Of a stretch of 32,000 bases of DNA, positions 1 through 9,000 are shown piece after piece. This DNA is from Candidatus Nitrospira nitrosa. Lineage in GTDB: Bacteria; Nitrospirota; Nitrospiria; Nitrospirales; Nitrospiraceae. A program made the translations under genes and the position numbers. The stretch is from contig NZ_CZQA01000011.1 of the NCBI RefSeq assembly GCF_001458735.1, forward strand, positions 85,483-117,482. Reading direction: 5' to 3'. Position 1 is the first letter of the stretch, and each line of letters starts with the position of its first letter. The notes under the pieces are model-generated. The model had not been told where the DNA came from. It made no database searches and was given only the letters and a program-made list of their open reading frames with translations.

Positions 1-3000
1 GACGTCATCAATCAAACCCCGGGCAGCAACGTGGTCTTTAATGCGACAGGGCTTGGCGAGTTTCGTGATCCATCCGGGGAAAACCGGCCCCGCAGTGTCG
101 TGCTGCAAGAAATGATGAGTCTGTACCGCCAGGTTGAAGCTGACCCAAACAGCGCAATGGAGGTGCCGATACAACTTTCACTCTTGCAATTGGCGGCGAT
201 TAACGCATTGCCCATTGATCGCACTGATCCAAATGGGAATATCTATTCTGCTCCACGGCAAGATTTTGCTCAGGCCTACATTCAGAACAGATACGGTACG
301 TCTTACAATGACTTTGGTGCCACCGTTGCCGAACCCTCTTTTGCCCAATATTTTGGGGTCGCCCTCTCAGGGTTCGATGCGACAGCCGTGGCCAATTCTG
401 GAAGTCATCCGGTTTCTGTCGGCCTCCCGATTGAAGGCCAACCGGTCGTAGAAATTCCTGGTCTGGCCCCACGGTTCGACTATCTCAATACCCACAGTTT
501 GGCCCTGATCGCGGATTCGTTACGTCTTCAGGTCCTCTTCAAAGAGATTGATGACTCAATTGCAATCGATGCGATCCAAGCGATCTTTCAGGCGTCCTCC
601 GCCAGTGCCGCCAATACTTTACTTGGACGAGCCGAGAAGGACTCACTCGAAAACGCACTCGATGCGATTCGGAGAGTGCTGTTACCGGTCGATCAGAACT
701 TTCAACCCACACCATCCTCCGATGTGGCAGGCAGCTTCGGTAACATGGCCAACCGTACGGTCTTTCACAACAACATCACGGCCATTGAAAATGTACTGCC
801 TCCACAGCCAAGCCTGTATCGCATTGAGGCATTGGTCAATCAGCCGCTTGAAGAAGTGAAAGGCAATGCTCTCCTTGACGATGAGGCAGGTAAGGGGCTG
901 GCGTATCGCTACGCCCTCACTGCGCTGAATCCGTTTGTGATTATTGGCCCGACCTATAGTCAGCACAATACCAATGGGGAATTGGCACTCTTTAACTCGG
1001 TGTCAGGGCTGGGCGCAATCACGACCGACTACATTCAGGATCGCAGTTTATTTCTCGCGGCAAAAGTGGCGTTGAATCAAGCCAATATCGATGGGCCACT
1101 GAATCCCTTTGCGCGTACGCACTATCATGACAACACCACGGGGTATGACATACCATCCGGGCTGAGTATCCCCCCGGCGGTGCAGCGCGAATATATTTTC
1201 GGGTCGGATAACGCAGAAACGATTGCCGGCGGACCGCTCTTTACCAATGACCATCTCTATGGTGCTGATGGAGTCGATACGCTCTTGGGTCATGGTGGCA
1301 ATGATTACCTGCAGGGGGATGCCGGCAATGACACCCTTGATGGTGGCAGCGGAGCTGATCGGATGCATGGCGGTCACGGGAACGATACCTACATTGTCGA
1401 CAATCTCGGTGATCAGGTAGTCGAAGTCGGCGACAATGGGCGTGACAGGGTCGAGAGTTCCGTAACCTTCTCTCTCGTCGGCACCACGGTTGAAGAGTTG
1501 ATATTGACGGGATCCGGAGATCTCAACGGCACCGGCAACGATCTTGACAATCTCCTTACCGGCAACAGCGGCATGAATCGCCTTGAAGGCAGGGATGGCA
1601 CGGATCATCTCATCGGCAACGACGGCGACGATGTACTGACCGGCGGGACCGGTGATGGGGACCTGCTTGAAGGTGGAAGTGGTTTCGATACCTATTTCTA
1701 CAACGCCGGTGATGGGTTGGATCGGATTGAAGATTCCGATGCCCAGGGACAAATCATTTTCAACGGTCACCGCTTGCTCGGCGGGATCCATCACTCGAAC
1801 GATTCGCTGAATACCTATACGAGTCTGGATGGTCTCACGACCTATGCGCTGTCCGGCACAGATCTCCTCGTCAACGGTGTACTGACCGTCAATGAAAACT
1901 TTCAGAGCGGGCAGTTTGGGATCGAACTGCGCGATGTGCCAGATCCCAATTGGGAGAACGACTATCTTGTCCTCATCGACTTCGAGGCCAATGGCCTCGT
2001 GAATGACATTGTGAATTATTCGGACGCGGATAGTTTCGGGTTCGGTGAGCGGGGAAATGACCAGCTCTTCGGTAATGGGGGCAACGACACGCTTTCGGGA
2101 TTTAGCGGGAATGATCGACTCTATGGAGGTACGGGGGATGATGCCTTGGATGGGGACTGGCGTTTCATCCTCTTCGATCCCTCGGATCCACCGGTTGATC
2201 TCGGCACGGATTTGTACTATGGCGATGATTGGGTGGAGGGTGGAGACGGGAACGATACGATTTACGGATCATGGGGCGATGACGTGCTGTACGGAGGAGC
2301 AGACAATGACCTCCTGTACGGCGATCACTTTTTGAAGGATCGGTTCACGTTTACCGCGGACGATTTCCTCGACGGCGGGGAGGGCGATGATGAACTGCAT
2401 GGTATGGCCGGCGACGACGTGCTCGTCGGCGGCGACGGGAACGATACGCTCTTAGGCCAGGAGGATGATGATTGGATGGACGGTGGTGGTGGAGCGGATG
2501 TGCTGTGGGCGGGCAGTGGAATGGATTCGCTCTCCGGTGGCAGCGGCGTCGACATCCTGCTGGGTGATCTGGGCAACGATCGGCTCGATGGAGGAAACGA
2601 AGCCGATTCCCTCTACGGTGGAGATGGTGCCGATGAACTCTTTGGTGGCGCGGGAAATGATCTTCTCTTCGGCGATGGTTTGAATACTCCGGAGGCGGCT
2701 GGGGTGGCTGGCGGGAACGACTTCTTAGACGGCGGTGATGGGGACGACGAAGTCCAGGGGATGATCGGAGATGACTCCCTCTTCGGGGGAGCGGGAAACG
2801 ATGTATTGCTTGGGCAAGAGGGTGACGATACGGTCTTTGGTGATGCCGGCAACGACCAAGTTGTGGGTGGAGCAGGAGCCGATCTGCTCTACGGCGATGC
2901 GGATGATGATGTGCTCAATGGCGGTACGGGTAACGACAGTCTCTTCGGCGGGGATGACAATGATGGCATAGCGGGCGAAGAAGGGAACGATGCGTTGTAC

Positions 3001-6000
3001 GGTGATGCGGGGAACGATACGTTGCAAGGTGATCAGGGGAACGATGCGCTCGTCGGCGGGGCGGGCAATGACATCTACAACTTCAGTCTCGGTGACGGAC
3101 AGGACACGATCACGGATGCAGCAGTGGGAGCAGAGGGAAATGTCATCAATTTCGTCGCTGGGATCACGCCGGACGCGTTGACCTTCGTGCACGATCCAGC
3201 GCAACAGATGCTCACGATTCAGGTCGGCGGCGGGGCTGATTCGATCCGCCTGCTTGGGTTTGATCCCAACACCTTCCAGTATGTCGTTGAGACGCTTCGA
3301 TTCGCCGACGGCTCGTTTGTGGCGTTGGCCGATCAGTTGCCGCTTCCGGGAGGGGTGGTCGAAGGGACGGATGAGGCCAACATCATTCGTACCGGTTCGG
3401 GCGATGATACCGTCTTTGCCGGAGCCGGTAACGATGTAGTGTACGCGGGGGCTGGAAATGACCTCCTCGTGGGAGGTGACGGTGCTGATACCTTGCAGGG
3501 AGGAGCAGGGCAGGACCAGTACCTGTTCGATATCGGTGATGGAGCGGATACGATCGTCGATACGGCAGGCGAGGGCAATCGGTTGGTCTTCGGCGCGGGG
3601 CTGATGTCGAGTGTTCTCACGTTGGAGAGGGGGACCAGCAATACCCTGGAGATTCGCGGGCCGTTGTCAGGTGACCGGCTCCAAATCGGTGCGCTTGTTC
3701 CCGGTGCCTCGCCGATCAGTACCTTCGAGTTCGCTGACGGTACCGTGCTGACCTTTGAACAGTTCATCGCACGCGGGATTGATCTTCGTGGGACTCCGGA
3801 CGCGGATGTGATCACAGGTACGAGTTTTGTCGATCGAATTGCCGGAGAGGCCGGCAACGACATCCTCCAAGGCGAAGCCGGCAACGACGTGCTCGATGGT
3901 GGGGCCGGTGACGACCAGCTGTACGGCGGCGAGGGAGCCGACCAGTTATTCGGTGGTGCCGGCGATGATGTTGTCGTCACCGACGCGGATGACACGGTCC
4001 GAGACGGCGGAGCCGGTATCGATACGATCAGCTTCCAGGGCGTCTTCGGCATCACCTTTGACCTTGGAACGTCCAATTTTGAGAACGCGATGGGAACGGA
4101 TGGGGATGATACGCTCACCGCCGCTTCCGCCGTCGGCTCGGTGCAGCTCGTTGGAAACGGAGGCAACGATATCCTGACAGGTGGGTTTGGTGACGATGTG
4201 CTTGTGGGCGGAGAGGTGTTTGTCGGCGAGGGGGCGGCCGATACACTGACGGGCGGGGCCGGCAACGATCGGCTTGAAGGTGGAACGGGTGACGATGCCT
4301 ATCGATTCAATCTTGGGGACGGACAGGACCGGATCGTTGATTCGGCCGTGCGTGAGGATCCATTCGGTGGTGGTGAAGGAGGCGGCGGAGGAACGATTCT
4401 CGAACACAACCGTCTTGTTTTTGGGGAAGGAATCAACAGTCAAGCGTTACAGCTGAGCTTTGGGCCTGGCGCGATCCCGCTCATCGATGGAATTGCGGCG
4501 GGCAGTCTACGCCTGAGCGTGGGAGCCGGCGACTCGCTGGTCTTGTCGGACTTCGATGCTGCCGATCTCTTCAGCCGGTACACCATCGAATCTTTCGAGT
4601 TTGCCGACACCACCTCGTTGACCTATGCCCAATTGGTGGAGGAGAGAGGCTTCGACGTCATCGGGACGGATGAGAGTGATATCGTGACGGGGACAGCGGT
4701 TGCAGATCGGATCAATGGTTTCGACGGGCAGGATGTACTTCGTTCCGGGCTGGGTGCCGACCAGCTCGATGGTGGGGCCGGGGACGATCAGCTTTTCGGC
4801 GGATCTGGTAATGACACGTATGTCTTCGGCGTGGGGACCGGACGGGATGTGGCGTTTGATCCGACTGGGTTCGACACAATCCGTATGGGTGAGGGGATCG
4901 CGCCGACGGATGTGCGGGGAGCTCGTGAAGGGAACGATCTCGTCCTCTCATTATCGAGTACGAACGATAGCCTGACACTTCAAAACTTTTATCTACACTC
5001 CATCTTCCAGGTGGAGCAGGTGACATTCGCGGATGGGACGATATGGGATCACGCACGCCTGCTGGCGAGTACTCGGCGTCAGATCGACGGCAGTGCCGGC
5101 GATGATGTGCTGACGGGCGGGGCGACGGACGACACGATCGTGGGATCGGCTGGTCACGATGCACTGATCGGCCAAGCGGGGGATGATGTGTTGGACGGCG
5201 GGACCGGCGCTGATGTCATGACGGGCGGGGACGGAGCGGATACCTATGTGGTGGATGACGCCGGAGATATCGTGATTGAATTGGTCGGCGAAGGAATAGA
5301 TACGGTGTACGGCGGAATCACCTATGCGTTGACCGCCAACGTCGAGAACTTGATTCTGACCGGCCCAGCGGCGATTGAGGGCACTGGAAATGAACTGGAC
5401 AACATGCTGACCGGCAATGCCGGAGTCAATGTACTGACCGGTGGCGCAGGGAACGACACCTATGTGATCGGGGCCGGTGATCTGGTGGTAGAGGAGGCCG
5501 GCGAAGGCGTTGATACAGTCGTGACCGACCAGAGCTATGTACTTGATGCGAATGTCGAGAACCTCACGCTGACAGGAACGTTCGCGCGTAACGGTACGGG
5601 GAATGAACTGGACAATGTGCTGACCGGCAATGCCGGAGTCAATGTGCTGATTGGTGGCGCGGGGGACGATACCTATGTGATTGAGGCCGGTGACCTGGTG
5701 GTGGAGGCTGCCGGCGAAGGCACGGATACGGTTGTCACGGCTCAAGACTATGTGCTTGGGGATGCGATAGAAAACCTGAGGCTGACGGGAAATCGGTCTG
5801 TCAACGGTGTAGGGAACGAGCTGGACAACAGGCTAGTTGGAAACGCAGCTGCGAATATTCTGCAAGGTGGGCTCGGCAACGACACCTACGTGGTCGGGTC
5901 GGACGATCTCGTAGTGGAGGCGGCGGACGCAGGCGATGATACCATTGAGGCTGCTGAGAGCTATGCTCTGGGAGCACACATCGAGAATCTCACCTTGCTC

Positions 6001-9000
6001 GATCCGTTTCCGACTCTTCGTGTCGGGCTCACGCCAGGAACCGGCGAAAGTGCTCCGGCGGGGCCGGAGAGTCATTATTCTGGAATCGGCAACGAGCTGA
6101 ACAACGTTCTGACCGGTAACCGTGGCGACAATGTGCTCGAGGGTTTTGGCGGAAACGATGTGCTCAATGGGCGAGGTGGTAACGATACGCTTAAAGGTGG
6201 TGAAGGTACCGATACGTATCTGTTTGGAGTCGGCGACGGACAGGATCGGATTGAAGACCGCAGCGTGAGCGGCGAGACCGATAGCGTGCAACTGGTGCCG
6301 GGGCTCGCGCCAAATCAAATCGGGGTGGTGCAGTCGGGAAGCGATCTGGTCCTGCGGATGCCTGGTTCCATGGATTCGTTGACATTCGCCGATTTCTTCG
6401 GCCCTCCTTCCGCCGCACAAAAAAATGTGCGATTCCAAGATGGCACGGTGTGGGATGAAGCGATTTTGCGCGCGCTGGGCGCCGACCCTGGACAAGGCCT
6501 CACCATCGTTGACACGGATAGCGGCGACAATGTGCTGTTAGGCAGCAGCGGACATGATGTACTTACGGGCGGCAGCGGCAATGACACCCTGACCGGGGGT
6601 GGGGGCAACGATATCCTCAAGGACTTGGCCGGGAATAATGTGTATGACGGGGGGAGCGGTGATGATTCCCTCATCGGCGGCGCCGGCAATGACGGCTTCA
6701 TGTTCGGCCGCGGGTATGGCCGCGATATGGTCCTTGTGGATCAACTCTTTAACGATGCCTTCACCACAGATACCGATCATGTTCAGATGGTGGGACTGAA
6801 CCCCAGTGATGTCATCATACAAAGGCAATCCTCCGCTTCAGGTCAGCTGAGCTTTGTGATCACCGTGCTCGATACGGCGGATCAGCTTACGGTGCGGTTT
6901 CGAAACGGTATCTACGGGTTTGCTCCCGCACCGGTCACGCTCAATTTTGCCGATGGCACGAGTCAAGAACTCGGTCTGTTTACCGATTTCCCCGCTGCGC
7001 CGTCCCGGACAGTGTTCAGTTCCGTGGACTATGCGCTGGGGGGAGATGAAGACAATCTCGTCCTTGTGGATAGTCATAGCCCGGTGGTTCCGGACTCCCG
7101 CGTAGGAATCGGCAACGGTTTGGATAATGTCATGCTCGGGAACACTGCGGATAACGTGATCGAAGGCGGTGCCGGGCATGATGTATTACACGGGGGGTTC
7201 GCGCGATCGGTGGAAGGTGTTTTCTTCGTCGATACCGGCAGCGACATTCTGATTGGTGGAGAAGGGAATGATACGCTCATTCCCTTCGGTGATTCGGCAT
7301 TTGCCTTCGACGTTGGAGTCGGTACTGACCCCAATCCATTCAACACTCCGGACGATGTTCTCATTGGTGGGCCTGGGAACGATACCTACTATATTCGGCA
7401 TGCCGGTCAGACTCTTGTCGAACTGCCGGAAGAGGGGGTGGACGCAGTGCACAGCACGGTCAGCTATTCCCTGCCTGACAACGTCGAGAATCTCGTCCTC
7501 ACTTCCACATGGAGTGAGGACGTCGGGTTTATCTCGCTGACCGGGACCGGCAATGAGTTGGACAACGTGCTGGTCGGTGGTGCCGGCGCAGATCTGCTCA
7601 GCGGTGGTGCCGGTCATGACACGCTCTATGGAGGACGAGATGCGACGTTTGACGACGGCACTCCGATAGGGCTTCCTTCCAGCGATACTTTGGTCGGAGG
7701 TGCCGGCAACGATGCCTATCTCTTCAATCTCGGTGACGGCATCGATACGGTCGAGGATGTCGCAGCTGTCGGCGAAGGGAACCGGATTCAATTTGGAACG
7801 GGGATTACCCCAAACGATCTCACCTTCACGCGGGATGATGCGGCCGGGATGCTGACCATCGAGGTGGGCGCAAGCGGGACGGACCAGCTCGTGCTCACGA
7901 ACTTCGACCCAACGGGAGTGAATGGCTCGTTGGTCATTGAGAACGTGGCCTTTACGGATGGGAGCACGGTTAGTCTCTCATCCTTACTCGGTGGCCCAAT
8001 CAACCATGCGCCGTCGGTGGTGACGTCGCTCGAGGATCAATGGATTACGCAAGGCAGTCTCTTCAGCTTCGTCGTCCCCACGAACACGTTTGTGGATCAG
8101 GATGCCTTGTATGGGGACAGCGTAACCTACGGTGCGACACAAGCCGATGGCACCACCCTGCCCACCTGGCTCACGTTCGATCCAAGTACCCGCACGTTCA
8201 GTGGGACACCACAAGGTCCGGATATCGGCACCGTCGATGTGCAAGTCACTGCGACCGACATAGGGGCGCTGAGTGCCGGCGATGTGTTTACTTTGACCAT
8301 CCTGCCGATCACCGGTACGGAGGGGAATGACACCCTTATCGGGACCGGCGGTGATGATGTCATTCAAGGCTTGGCGGGAGATGATGTTCTGCAGGGACTC
8401 GCAGGCAATGATCTGCTCGATGGTGGACCGGGGATCGACTCGATGACCGGCGGCCTGGGCCACGATACGTATGTCGTGGATGTGGCGGGCGAGGTGGTCA
8501 CGGAAGCCCTGAACCAAGGAACGGATACGGTCCACAGCAGTGTGACGTATACCCTGGGTGCGAACGTTGAAAATCTGGTTTTGACCGGCACGGGTGCGAT
8601 CAACGGAACCGGCAACAGCCTCAATAATCGTCTTACCGGTAATAGCGCCAATAACCAGCTCAATGGAGGGGCAGGTGCTGATACCATGACCGGCGGACCG
8701 GGCAATGACATGTATGTCGTCGCGAACATCGGTGATGTCGTGATCGAGCTGGCCAACGAAGGCATTGATCTGGTGCAGAGCGCCATCACCTATACGCTCG
8801 GTGCCGACGTTGAGCACCTCACCTTGACCGGCTCAATCGCCATCGACGGAACCGGGAACATCCTAGACAACATCATCAAGGGGAACAGTGCAGCCAACAT
8901 CCTCAGTGGTAGTGCGGGAAACGACACCTATGTGGTGGCCACTGGTGATACGGTGGTCGAGCTGGCGAATGAGGGGATCGACACGGTGCAAACGGCCGTG

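Noticed and set aside
3333-4265. A 310-aa minus-strand ORF rich in Pro/Ser/Thr, plus many similar antisense ORFs (e.g. 1048-1794, 4993-5745, 7984-8817, 8928-9404) inside the RTX gene
   Set aside because: These are mirror images of the GGxGxD repeat codons. They are low-complexity, have no SD and are fully contained in a far better supported 10.9-kb frame.
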